Virus genome (UHGV): UHGV-0415709
DNA length: 45,122 bases
Direction: 5' to 3' (one strand)
Source of the DNA: a virus
The first letter of the stretch is position 1. Each line of letters opens with the position of its first letter. The notes below the pieces were generated by a model, which was given only the letters and a program-made list of their open reading frames with translations, was not told the origin of the DNA and did not search any database. This document shows, one piece after another, positions 17,337 to 25,105 of the stretch. The position numbers and the translations under genes are program-made.

Positions 17337-17510
17337 TTAATTCTCTGGGATATCCTTTTCCAGAATATACTCCAGGCAGGTGTGATTATTTTCTAAATAT
17401 GTTTCATTGCACATGACCACTATCCAACCTTTATCCAGGCTTTCTCTAAGAGCAGTCATAGGATTTGTATAATTGTTCGGATATGTTCTCACTACCTTCT
17501 GTTTTTTCAT
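17337..17510 (-). CDS. small conserved protein, 57 aa, copy A of a duplicated gene
   Basis: ATG 17510 with RBS ggagg; MKKQKVVRTYPNNYTNPMTALRESLDKGWIVVMCNETYLENNHTCLEYILEKDIPEN; ~90% nt identity to 24279-24452. Confidence 0.5.
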   Translation of the reverse strand: MKKQKVVRTYPNNYTNPMTALRESLDKGWIVVMCNETYLENNHTCLEYILEKDIPEN

Positions 17511-17543
17511 TCCACGCCTCCATCAAAATGTTAATTTGAATAC

Positions 17544-17954
17544 TCAGCACTTCTTCCCCGGTTCTGTCCGGTATGGTTCCGGCAGTGGCATCCATGCAAC
17601 AACACTTTTCATTTCTTCTCTCCATGCCTTATTTTCGCTATTATCACCGTCAGCAACTATGAACCATTTTTCGCATTCATAATAGCAGTATTCAATATCG
17701 TATCCTCCAAATTGTTTTGCAAATGTTACAAGGAAAAATTTTGGTTCATCCGGCAACTGTTCCGATACTGGAATCCATCTTCGACTCTTCTTTTCTTCCA
17801 AAACAGTTATTGCCTCTTCGATAGCATAGTCTTCGGGTTCTGGATATACATATCTATGCCCAGACACAAAAGCCGGAGCACCAATCATATCTGCATAATC
17901 CTGTAATGGATTTTGCATACCTTTTAGTAATTCTATTGCTTCTTGCTCTTTCAT
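17544..17954 (-). CDS. DUF551-like phage protein
   Basis: WIPVSEQLPDE motif characteristic of DUF551. Confidence 0.5.
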   Translation of the reverse strand: MKEQEAIELLKGMQNPLQDYADMIGAPAFVSGHRYVYPEPEDYAIEEAITVLEEKKSRRWIPVSEQLPDEPKFFLVTFAKQFGGYDIEYCYYECEKWFIVADGDNSENKAWREEMKSVVAWMPLPEPYRTEPGKKC

Positions 17955-17982
17955 ATAGTTTCTCCTTTTCCATAGTTAAATG

Positions 17983-19026
17983 TTAATTCTCAGGAACAAC
18001 ACCAGGATAGCTATAAATACTCATTTGCCCCTGTGCCTCCCATGTTGTCCATGGTATTCCTGCGTAATCAAGTACATCTGCCATACCAAGCCCTCCCTGG
18101 CAAACTGGTTTCATACAGAATTGATATTGGTTAGGATATTGTTCCGCCATCCGTTGAAACCGGTTTGGTTCTGGCTCCAGATGTGCCCCGAACGCACAAA
18201 ACATGCATCCAGTACGTTGTTCTCCCGTGGTATAATACGTGCCATCTTCGTGCTGTTTAATATCTCCATACACCGAACATATCTTCACACTATTTTCCAC
18301 AACATAGCGAAGGATATCCTGTTTAGTCCAGAATCCCAATGGCTGACTCTTAATGGTCTTTCCATCGTAGACATTGCATCCAGTATGCGCATACTGGTGG
18401 GCACGTTTAAATCCTTCATCCTGTGTAATTCCAATATATGGGACACATCCGGTATCTTTAACAAATTTTTCAAACGGTTTTTTCTTCATGATTTCGCAGC
18501 ATTTATCTGACGTCTCAAATGGCGCGTTTACAAGATACTGCCACTTTTTCGCCAACATCCCAAACTTCCCACGTTCATCTCCATTGAGCAAATAATTTCT
18601 GTGTCTATCTGATAAGTTTCCATGTCTTAGCTTATAGACCTTTCTGGCTGTCTCTTTGCTTACTATTGGATAACCATAGTTCAAAATAACCTGCCGAAAA
18701 GAAATTCGTTTCCCATCTTTATCTTCTGGATATATTTCCCGATATTCTCCGCTGGCCTGCCGGGCAAAGCTCACTATCTCTGGAAACTCCAATCCTGTAT
18801 TTGAAAAAACTGCCGGAACATCATCACCTATGGTTTTCCGAATCATATGTAACAGCACTGTACTGTCCAGTCCACCCGAATAGCTTAGATATACCTGCCC
18901 ACCCCAATTGTCATACCATTCCTGTATTCTGGTTCTGCTGAGGCGCAGCTTCGTGGGCCAGTCCAAATATTTTCGCTGGCTGAACTGCCACGCGTTTAAA
19001 CTCAAATCATCCTCTTTTATAAACAT
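17983..19026 (-). CDS. PAPS-reductase-like / PP-loop ATP pyrophosphatase superfamily protein (DndC-like)
   Basis: PP-loop SYSGGLDSTVLLH near N-terminus; C-terminal Cys cluster (CMFCAFG...CMKPVCQGG). Confidence 0.65.
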   Translation of the reverse strand: MFIKEDDLSLNAWQFSQRKYLDWPTKLRLSRTRIQEWYDNWGGQVYLSYSGGLDSTVLLHMIRKTIGDDVPAVFSNTGLEFPEIVSFARQASGEYREIYPEDKDGKRISFRQVILNYGYPIVSKETARKVYKLRHGNLSDRHRNYLLNGDERGKFGMLAKKWQYLVNAPFETSDKCCEIMKKKPFEKFVKDTGCVPYIGITQDEGFKRAHQYAHTGCNVYDGKTIKSQPLGFWTKQDILRYVVENSVKICSVYGDIKQHEDGTYYTTGEQRTGCMFCAFGAHLEPEPNRFQRMAEQYPNQYQFCMKPVCQGGLGMADVLDYAGIPWTTWEAQGQMSIYSYPGVVPEN

Positions 19027-19107
19027 CTCTCGAAAGGAGCCGATGCATCATTAAGCCGGCCGGCAGCTCCGCCTCCTTTCTTTTCAAAATAACGATTTTG
19101 CTAATAT

Positions 19108-19341
19108 CTATTCAGCATAGTAATAGCAATCCCCAGTGCATTCCTCACACCCTTCCGGGCATTCGTCTATGTCCAAAGGATTTCTTTTTTGTTCATCTGC
19201 CGTACAATGCGCCGTATCTGGTAGGCAGTATACTTCCACCCCATCTTGCATCATATACAACTTAAGCGCTCCCTTTCGATACCGGTGTCTGGAACCGGCA
19301 TGGCATGTCCAGGTAGCACCGGGCCTCCGCCAACGGCGCAC
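19108..19341 (-). CDS. Cys-rich mini-protein
   Basis: ECPEGCEECTGDC; likely true start at MMQDGVEVY. Confidence 0.3.
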   Translation of the reverse strand: MRRWRRPGATWTCHAGSRHRYRKGALKLYMMQDGVEVYCLPDTAHCTADEQKRNPLDIDECPEGCEECTGDCYYYAE

Positions 19342-19522
19342 CCTCCACCACTATGAGCGGACACCATTCCGGCCTTCCACGAAACACATCTGGTATGTCT
19401 TTGTGTTCTTTAGCCTTACACTGCTTATCAATGGAGCAGCATGGGCAATCATAGCAGCTATCTGGCATATTTTTTATTTCTAACATTGTTTTCATCCCTC
19501 TGCCTCCTCCGGTTTTCCACAC
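19262..19522 (-). CDS. Cys-rich mini-protein
   Basis: DSCYDCPCCSIDKQCKAKEH; likely true start MKTMLEIKN. Confidence 0.3.
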   Translation of the reverse strand: MWKTGGGRGMKTMLEIKNMPDSCYDCPCCSIDKQCKAKEHKDIPDVFRGRPEWCPLIVVEGAPLAEARCYLDMPCRFQTPVSKGSA

Positions 19523-20163
19523 CGCTCAAACTCTATCACCCATACCCAGGGGTTGGCGCTCCATCCATAACGGTCAATATATAACTTATCAATCGTAGAA
19601 TCCCATAGTTGCGAAAAAGCATACTGCTGTTCCTTCCCATTCAATTCATGAGGATACTCTGTTTTAACCCCTTCCTTTTCTATCTGGTCGAGTGTTATCT
19701 TCTGCAACCTCTCCACCCTCACATCCGTAACCTTAAGCCAGATACGGGCGGCAGCTTTCGGCATATGGATGGATGGGTGCCATTTTGGCAAATCACATAC
19801 ATGACCGTCAAATTCGTATGATGTTGCTCCATTCGGATAGTCCCCACGATACAAAAAATAATCAGCCTCCCACCAGTTTCCTGCATATGTTCCCCACGTT
19901 TCCCGGACATACAGAATGTCACCAGCGCAATATGGAGCGTGTATCCAGGAGCCGCCTCGCATCGGTATCACTCCATAGCCGCATTGACGACAAGCCCACT
20001 CATTTCCTCCCATATCCCAGAATCCCTTTTCGTGGCTACATTCACATTCTGTTCCTTCTAAGGATATTTCAAATTGCGGCTTAATCACTCTCCTGGTAAC
20101 TGTCTTACGCCCTTCCAGGATTACCCGAACCATGTCACCATTAAATAATATCGGTCTTACCAT
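19492..20163 (-). CDS. ASCH/PUA-like domain protein with inserted zinc ribbon
   Basis: N-terminal ILFNGDMVRVILEGRKTVTRRV and KWHPSIHMP motifs recall phage ASCH-like proteins; CECSHEKGFW...CRQCGYG zinc ribbon. Confidence 0.45.
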   Translation of the reverse strand: MVRPILFNGDMVRVILEGRKTVTRRVIKPQFEISLEGTECECSHEKGFWDMGGNEWACRQCGYGVIPMRGGSWIHAPYCAGDILYVRETWGTYAGNWWEADYFLYRGDYPNGATSYEFDGHVCDLPKWHPSIHMPKAAARIWLKVTDVRVERLQKITLDQIEKEGVKTEYPHELNGKEQQYAFSQLWDSTIDKLYIDRYGWSANPWVWVIEFERCGKPEEAEG

Positions 20164-20356
20164 GCCCCACTTCCTCCTTAATACCCCCGTCAGTTCCGAG
20201 GGCTATAATTTCAGCAACTTTGTTTGCATTGGCCCGAATATGTAGTAACTCAGGGCAAGCATTACCGTTTCTAGCGAGTTCTTTTAATGGGCAATGATTA
20301 CATGTATGCGTTGTACATATTTCTCCAAGAGCCAATAATACATCTGCTATACTCAT
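20141..20356 (-). CDS. hypothetical Cys/His protein (71 aa)
   Basis: TTHTCNHCPLKELARNGNACPELLH. Confidence 0.3.
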   Translation of the reverse strand: MSIADVLLALGEICTTHTCNHCPLKELARNGNACPELLHIRANANKVAEIIALGTDGGIKEEVGHGKTDII

Positions 20357-20363
20357 AATTTTT

Positions 20364-20813
20364 TTAATCTCCTAAATACGTGCTTCTATCATCAAATATC
20401 TGCCCTGTAATATTATTGATTCGGATATGTGATAAGCTATCAATATCTTTCTGTGTAAGATTGTTTCCTTCTAACACGATACTTCCATCCGGTCTTATTT
20501 CTTTGATTTTACCAATATGTCTAAAAACCGAATCTATAGCATTCCGCTTTACCGGACTTATAAGCCCGCAAGCCGTTGACAGTTCATCAATAGCTGCTTC
20601 CCGGCATTCCTTTGCCAGCGCAACCTGCCGCAGTTCTATTTGATACCTTCGGTCGCTATCCGTCTTTAGCATACACAACGCTTCATGCATTCTACTTCCT
20701 GAGTTGTGCTTTTTCACCGCTGAATATAGTCCTTGTCGAGTGTATCCCATAGTGATGGCTAATTCACATACTGACATTCCAAAATCCTCAGCTATCTTAT
20801 TTAGATCCGCCAT
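20364..20813 (-). CDS. hypothetical protein with N-terminal HTH-like segment (149 aa)
   Basis: ORF; MADLNKIAEDFGMSVCELAITMGYTRQGLYSAV. Confidence 0.4.
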   Translation of the reverse strand: MADLNKIAEDFGMSVCELAITMGYTRQGLYSAVKKHNSGSRMHEALCMLKTDSDRRYQIELRQVALAKECREAAIDELSTACGLISPVKRNAIDSVFRHIGKIKEIRPDGSIVLEGNNLTQKDIDSLSHIRINNITGQIFDDRSTYLGD

Positions 20814-20884
20814 TATATTTCCCTTCTTATTTCAGTTTACAGTTATCTTGCGTTCTGTAAAAAGTTAATCAACTAAATACGTGC

Positions 20885-21088
20885 TTACTTGATAAAATCA
20901 AAGATACTTGTCTGATACTCCTGGCCTCCCTTACGGTCCACATCGCAACTGATTGTGTCCAGCAGGTTGTCCCCATTAATCCAGGTACTCATATAACCAT
21001 CCATGGATGCAGTGCAGCCATATCTATAGCACTCACCCACCTGGGTTTTCCGGCTCCTATCCAGGTGCGCACACTTCAAACAACTCAT
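20885..21088 (-). CDS. hypothetical protein (67 aa, Cys-containing)
   Basis: ORF only. Confidence 0.3.
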   Translation of the reverse strand: MSCLKCAHLDRSRKTQVGECYRYGCTASMDGYMSTWINGDNLLDTISCDVDRKGGQEYQTSIFDFIK

Positions 21089-21285
21089 TCTCGTTCCTCC
21101 ACTAAACCGGCATTTTGATTAATTGGACGCCTAGAAAAATCAGGACATATTTCAGTCCTATCATATGCTGGTCGAAGAAATGCTTTAGTCATAGGTGATG
21201 GATATTTCTCCATTTCCTTAATCGCTGCCATTCTTTGACGTTCCGAATTCTCGCTATATTGATTTTTCATTTTGTTATCTGGCAA
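21085..21285 (-). CDS. hypothetical protein (66 aa)
   Basis: ORF only; ATGA overlap with next. Confidence 0.3.
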   Translation of the reverse strand: MPDNKMKNQYSENSERQRMAAIKEMEKYPSPMTKAFLRPAYDRTEICPDFSRRPINQNAGLVEERE

Positions 21286-21286
21286 T

Positions 21287-21538
21287 TCAATTCCCCCTTG
21301 CCTGAATGTTATCCTTGGTATCCCATGTGTAATGCATTCCTGGTATTGTTATAGTTCTAGGGCATTCATCCACATAATCAATCAACCCTATCTCTTTCAT
21401 ATCCCGCAGATATCCCCAGATAGTAGAGCTTGACGTATAACCAAGCCCATCCCCTATTTCCCTGGTTGTGGGGGGATAATCATGCTCTAACATGTATTGC
21501 TTTACAAACACCAGGATTTTTTTATGTATTTCCTTCAA
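21287..21538 (-). CDS. LexA-N-terminal-like winged-helix DNA-binding protein
   Basis: ILVFVKQYMLEHDYPPTTREIGDGLGYTSSSTIWGYLRDMKEIGLI closely follows LexA DNA-binding domain pattern; no peptidase domain. Confidence 0.55.
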   Translation of the reverse strand: MKEIHKKILVFVKQYMLEHDYPPTTREIGDGLGYTSSSTIWGYLRDMKEIGLIDYVDECPRTITIPGMHYTWDTKDNIQARGN

Positions 21539-21548
21539 CTCTCCACTC

Positions 21549-22370
21549 CTATCCTCTCATTCCTTCTATAAGCGCTTTCCGGTTCTGCTCTGCTATCAGT
21601 TCCCTAACGGATTCTTCCGGGAATGGCAGTTGGAATGTATGTTCCTTGATTCTACTGGTTATCCTGTCATCATATCGCAAGTCCTGCAGACTTAGATTGC
21701 TGGTATACATCGTTATCAGCTTGTCCTGGTGCCGTCCATTTATGATGCTGTAAAACCGTTCTCCTATCCAGTCCCTTGGAATCTCTGTTCCGAAATCATC
21801 TATCACCAAGACCTGGACGGTGGATAACGCTCTTAACAGGTCGCTCTCGCTTCTGTCCTTATCATCCCATGTAGCCTTAATCTCGTTGATAATCTGCATA
21901 GAGCCGGCAAACTTAACCTGCATCCTGTATGTACTGACCATCTCGTTTGCTATGCTTGCGGCCATTCGTGTCTTGCCTGACCCCTTGGTCCCGGAATACA
22001 AGTACAGTCCCATCCCGTCCTTCCGCATTCCTTCCAGATTGTCCAGATAATATTTAATGGCTGCACCAGTATTCCTGATTATCTTCTGGCTCTCATTCTT
22101 CCGGTATACCCCAAAATCGAAGGAGCGTATGTCCAGGTTTTTAAATGCTTCTGGTATGTTCGCAAATTCAAGCTTTCTGTCCGCTATCTGCCGTTCTACC
22201 AGCCCGCAATCGCATCTGTATCCGTTTTCCCGGCCTTCCTCGTCCCACCAGTACACCCACCCTTTACCGTGGCATATGGGGCAGACATCAGAATCCGGTA
22301 AATCCTTCTCCGGCTCCTTCGAGGTAGTCATCGCTATATGTTTGCGTTCCTCCTGTATTCTGCTGACCAT
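21549..22370 (-). CDS. DnaC/IstB-like AAA+ helicase loader with N-terminal zinc cluster
   Basis: Walker A GTKGSGKT, Walker B LVIDDFG; CPICHGKGW...CDCG; track start 22535 overlaps organizer gene, so start set at MVSRIQ (22370) or MTTSKE (22334). Confidence 0.7.
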   Translation of the reverse strand: MVSRIQEERKHIAMTTSKEPEKDLPDSDVCPICHGKGWVYWWDEEGRENGYRCDCGLVERQIADRKLEFANIPEAFKNLDIRSFDFGVYRKNESQKIIRNTGAAIKYYLDNLEGMRKDGMGLYLYSGTKGSGKTRMAASIANEMVSTYRMQVKFAGSMQIINEIKATWDDKDRSESDLLRALSTVQVLVIDDFGTEIPRDWIGERFYSIINGRHQDKLITMYTSNLSLQDLRYDDRITSRIKEHTFQLPFPEESVRELIAEQNRKALIEGMRG

Positions 22371-23094
22371 CTCCTGTAACGGGTCCACTGCCTCCACCTC
22401 CTGTATAATTAGCATCCAGATAATCCACATATCCGCTGTTAAAAAATGTACTTCCATTCTGCGGCTTCCTCCAGGATGCATCCCGCTTAAGGTCATACTT
22501 GTATCTTTCAATACACCTCTTAAGCTCATCCTCACCCACTTTCAGGAGCTTCTGCTTCTGGGTATCGGATACCTGTCCCTTCCCCTTCTTGTGTGGGTAC
22601 AGCTTCCACAAGGTTTCAAACAAGGCAGATGCCTGCTGCTTCCTGTCGCCGGATGCACTATATATATTATCTTCTTTCTTTATTTCTTTATTTCTTTCTT
22701 CTATTGTTGTCGTTCGTTTGTCGTTAGAATGTCGCTCGCCTGTCGCCTGTGTGTCGTCTTGCCTGTCGTCCGACTGGTACAAGTCATAGTTTGTTATTGT
22801 AAATACGCTATATTTGTTTGTCGCCTTGCTTGTCACTTCGCCTGTCGTTTTTAGATGGGAAATTCCTGTCCTAATCTCCCTTTCCGTAAGCCCTGTTTCG
22901 GATGCAAGGTTTTTGATGGATGATACAAAAGAGCCACGCGGGATAGTTGTACCCATAAATTTTCCATCCTTCCAGTTGGCCTTCAAGAGCATATGGATGA
23001 ATAAAACCTTCGTGTTTATGTCCTGATACCATTCCCAGTCCAGGAACTTGCGGTAAAGCTTAATATGTCCATCCATCCTATCACCTGCTATCAA
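22288..23094 (-). CDS. replisome organizer / replication initiator (DnaD-like N-domain)
   Basis: N-terminal KLYRKFLDWEWYQDINTKVLFIHMLLKANWKD pattern of phage replisome organizers; contains iteron array within coding sequence. Confidence 0.65.
   Translation of the reverse strand: MIAGDRMDGHIKLYRKFLDWEWYQDINTKVLFIHMLLKANWKDGKFMGTTIPRGSFVSSIKNLASETGLTEREIRTGISHLKTTGEVTSKATNKYSVFTITNYDLYQSDDRQDDTQATGERHSNDKRTTTIEERNKEIKKEDNIYSASGDRKQQASALFETLWKLYPHKKGKGQVSDTQKQKLLKVGEDELKRCIERYKYDLKRDASWRKPQNGSTFFNSGYVDYLDANYTGGGGSGPVTGDGQQNTGGTQTYSDDYLEGAGEGFTGF
22640..22850. repeat. iteron array plus AT-rich unwinding element (candidate lytic origin) inside organizer gene
   Basis: At least 8 copies of YYTGTCGYY within ~200 bp; adjacent AT-rich run 22660-22705. 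Confidence 0.5.
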
Positions 23095-23443
23095 TGTCTC
23101 GACCGGCTTCCCACTCCTTATACAATGCTATCCAATCCTCCAGGCGCATTGTAACCAGCCATGTGCCACGATTACGGCGGTGAAACACGGCTGGGTATAT
23201 TTCCTCACCAAACGGTAATATCTCCGCCCCAGTGTCGTCTACAGCCTGCCTCATGGCATCCTCAATGTTAAGGCGCTCAACTCTTTTGCACTCAATATGT
23301 ATGCCTGGAAGGCCCACCACATCCGCATCCCCGTTGGAGCCACAGTACTGTTGACCCCTACGGCAGCTATATCCATGGTCCTTAAGGAGATTGGCAAGTT
23401 CCCGTTCACCACGCTTTCCTTTTTCACGCTGTGCTTTCCCCAT
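23081..23443 (-). CDS. Hjc-like PD-(D/E)xK Holliday junction resolvase
   Basis: KGKRGERELANLL...DADVVGLPGIHIECKR matches archaeal-type resolvase-like nuclease pattern common in phages. Confidence 0.5.
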   Translation of the reverse strand: MGKAQREKGKRGERELANLLKDHGYSCRRGQQYCGSNGDADVVGLPGIHIECKRVERLNIEDAMRQAVDDTGAEILPFGEEIYPAVFHRRNRGTWLVTMRLEDWIALYKEWEAGRDIDSR

Positions 23444-23896
23444 CTACATGCCTCCCGTCCCGAACATACTTATCTGGCCTGGGATACCCTTGCTCCTTAC
23501 CCCGTTCACGAACCGCCTAGCGCCCTTTGTAGCCGCCTTCATGGACTGTATCCTCCTGTCCTGCCTTGCAATCCAGGTAGCGGCTTCATGGCGCCCCTGG
23601 AGCGTTGAGTCAGGTATGTAATATCCGTCACCATTGTCCAGGTTAATGATAACCTTACTGTATCGCATGGCCTCTATCGCCTCACGGATACGTCTATCCT
23701 TATATCCAGTTATACGGCTGAGTTCCGCCCTGCTAATGGCATTCTGTTTACCTACGCCCAGGGCATTGTATACAGCGCATTGGATAACATCAGAATTTTT
23801 TGTGTATCTCAATTCAATCCCTCCTTTCGGGCCGGGTAAAGGAGGTTTGATAGGTCCCGGCCCAGGGTCAGAAAGTATATCGTGACATATTAGCAA
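23444..23896 (-). CDS. hypothetical winged-helix-like protein
   Basis: ORF; start uncertain (no internal Met near N-terminus; odd Pro/Gly-rich N-terminal stretch). Confidence 0.3.
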   Translation of the reverse strand: MLICHDILSDPGPGPIKPPLPGPKGGIELRYTKNSDVIQCAVYNALGVGKQNAISRAELSRITGYKDRRIREAIEAMRYSKVIINLDNGDGYYIPDSTLQGRHEAATWIARQDRRIQSMKAATKGARRFVNGVRSKGIPGQISMFGTGGM

Positions 23897-23965
23897 TCTG
23901 ACCAGTACTAAATTCCGTTGTATGTATCATCCCGTAAGGGGAATAGATACCAAATGTTAACTTTC

Positions 23966-24151
23966 CTACTCAAAGGGGCACCATGCTGGTACTTTTTTTA
24001 ATGTGTGATACCGTCCATAATACAGTCCTTTGCGTTTACATATTTCAGGGTGTTTACAAACATTGCCCGCTGGCTTGCTTTGTTCTCTCCATACCGCCCC
24101 GTGCTCACATTGCATACACGGGTGCAATTCCGCATGACTATTAAAATCCAT
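23966..24151 (-). CDS. Cys-rich zinc-finger mini-protein (62 aa)
   Basis: ATG 24151 with RBS gagggaaaacgg; track's longer ORF reads through tRNA-like element and is rejected. Confidence 0.4.
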   Translation of the reverse strand: MDFNSHAELHPCMQCEHGAVWREQSKPAGNVCKHPEICKRKGLYYGRYHTLKKVPAWCPFE

Positions 24152-24179
24152 CCCGTTTTCCCTCACAAAAATGCTAAGT

Positions 24180-24271
24180 TGGCGGCGGCCGGAGTCGAAC
24201 CGGCACCCTCTTACTTTCCACCATGGTCTGTCCGGGGAGTTGAACCCCGCCCTGTGTACCACACACCGCCA
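24180..24271 (-). ncRNA. tRNA-like structured element, copy 1 (two T-arm hairpins, 7-8 bp terminal acceptor-like stem, ends ...GCCGCCA)
   Basis: Minus strand: terminal stem GGCGGUG/CGCCGCC; hairpins CGGGG-UUCAACU-CCCCG and GCCGG-UUCGACU-CCGGC with canonical T-loop sequence; no canonical cloverleaf found. Confidence 0.45.
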
Positions 24272-24278
24272 CTAATTT

Positions 24279-24452
24279 TTAATTCTCCGGAACATCCTTT
24301 TCCAGAATATACTCCAAACAAGTGTGATTATTTTCTAAATATGTATTGTTACACATAACCACTAACCAACCTTTATCAAGGCTTTCTCTAAGAGCATTCG
24401 TTGGATTTGTATAATTGTGCGGATACGTTCTCACTACCTTTTGTTTTTTCAT
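24279..24452 (-). CDS. small conserved protein, 57 aa, copy B of duplicated gene
   Basis: ATG 24452 (RBS aggagg); MKKQKVVRTYPHNYTNPTNALRESLDKGWLVVMCNNTYLENNHTCLEYILEKDVPEN; stop 8 nt from tRNA-like element. Confidence 0.5.
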   Translation of the reverse strand: MKKQKVVRTYPHNYTNPTNALRESLDKGWLVVMCNNTYLENNHTCLEYILEKDVPEN

Positions 24453-24463
24453 TTAACCTCCTA

Positions 24464-25093
24464 TTAATTCTCCTCAAACTTGATACCATATACCTTATAT
24501 TTGCTCTCAAACTCTGTCATCCCTATGTTATGCACTTCTGTATGGTGCTGCCGGCATAGACATATTTTCCGATAATCCGAATCATCAACCTTTCTCCGGT
24601 CATTCCCCATGCCAATTGTGTCTACATGGTGTATCTCTCCCTCTCGACCGCATATGGCGCACTTCCGAAGTTTTAAACATGCATACAGATAATGGCCTAT
24701 ATCATCGGTACGGTTAAGTGCAAAATCCAGCAGCGGTATTCCCTGTTCCAGCGCATAATCCAGCATAGTATTAATAAATTCCCTGGCAGTATCCATAGAA
24801 CAATCAGACAGGGAAAAATATCCGCATCCGGTCCGGTTAATATGCAAATACTTAAGCCATTCTTTCTCGACCTCCGGCACATTACCGGAATAGGCGGAGA
24901 TATCATTGACCGTGGCATAAATCTTTCGGCGCTGGTCGGAACTGATGTGTCTGCCATCGTCAAGCCATATGCTGCAACTATTCATGTGCTTCTCAACAAT
25001 CGGTTCCATGAGATTCTTCCCAGGAATAAATATCTGCAAATATGTCCCCTCAGGAACCAGCTTGTATGCTGTTATATCCGCTGACTCATGCAT
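24464..25093 (-). CDS. HNH-motif protein (DUF968-like)
   Basis: C-terminal CAICGREGEIHHVDTIG...NDRRK...ICLCRQHHTEVHN fits HNH arrangement. Confidence 0.4.
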   Translation of the reverse strand: MHESADITAYKLVPEGTYLQIFIPGKNLMEPIVEKHMNSCSIWLDDGRHISSDQRRKIYATVNDISAYSGNVPEVEKEWLKYLHINRTGCGYFSLSDCSMDTAREFINTMLDYALEQGIPLLDFALNRTDDIGHYLYACLKLRKCAICGREGEIHHVDTIGMGNDRRKVDDSDYRKICLCRQHHTEVHNIGMTEFESKYKVYGIKFEEN

Positions 25094-25105
25094 ATAATCA
25101 CCTCT

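Noticed and set aside
20372-20883. 14-nt exact repeat CTAAATACGTGCTT at 20372 and 20870
   Set aside because: One copy is inside a coding region, the other in a 3' UTR. A 14-mer match is within chance expectation for a 45 kb window on both strands.
21549-22535. Full-length 328-aa form of the DnaC-like ORF
   Set aside because: Its first ~55 codons overlap the organizer gene in another frame and start at a non-ATG; a downstream Met start is more plausible.
22640-22850. Possible CRISPR array because of short spaced repeats
   Set aside because: Repeats are 9-11 nt, irregularly spaced, inside a replication-initiator gene next to an AT-rich tract; interpreted as iterons. No CRISPR-like 25-40-nt repeats anywhere in the window.
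23966-24262. Long forms of ORFs 23966..24262 and 26795..27250 as given in the ORF track
   Set aside because: Their N-terminal extensions translate straight through the conserved tRNA-like elements and lack RBSs. Internal ATGs at 24151 and 27139 have good RBSs, so the shorter forms were adopted.
24180-24271. Calling the two elements bona fide tRNA genes
   Set aside because: Despite acceptor-like stem, CCA-like end and two perfect T-arm hairpins, no D-arm or anticodon arm with U33/purine-37 could be drawn by hand. Left as tRNA-like ncRNA pending tRNAscan/Infernal.
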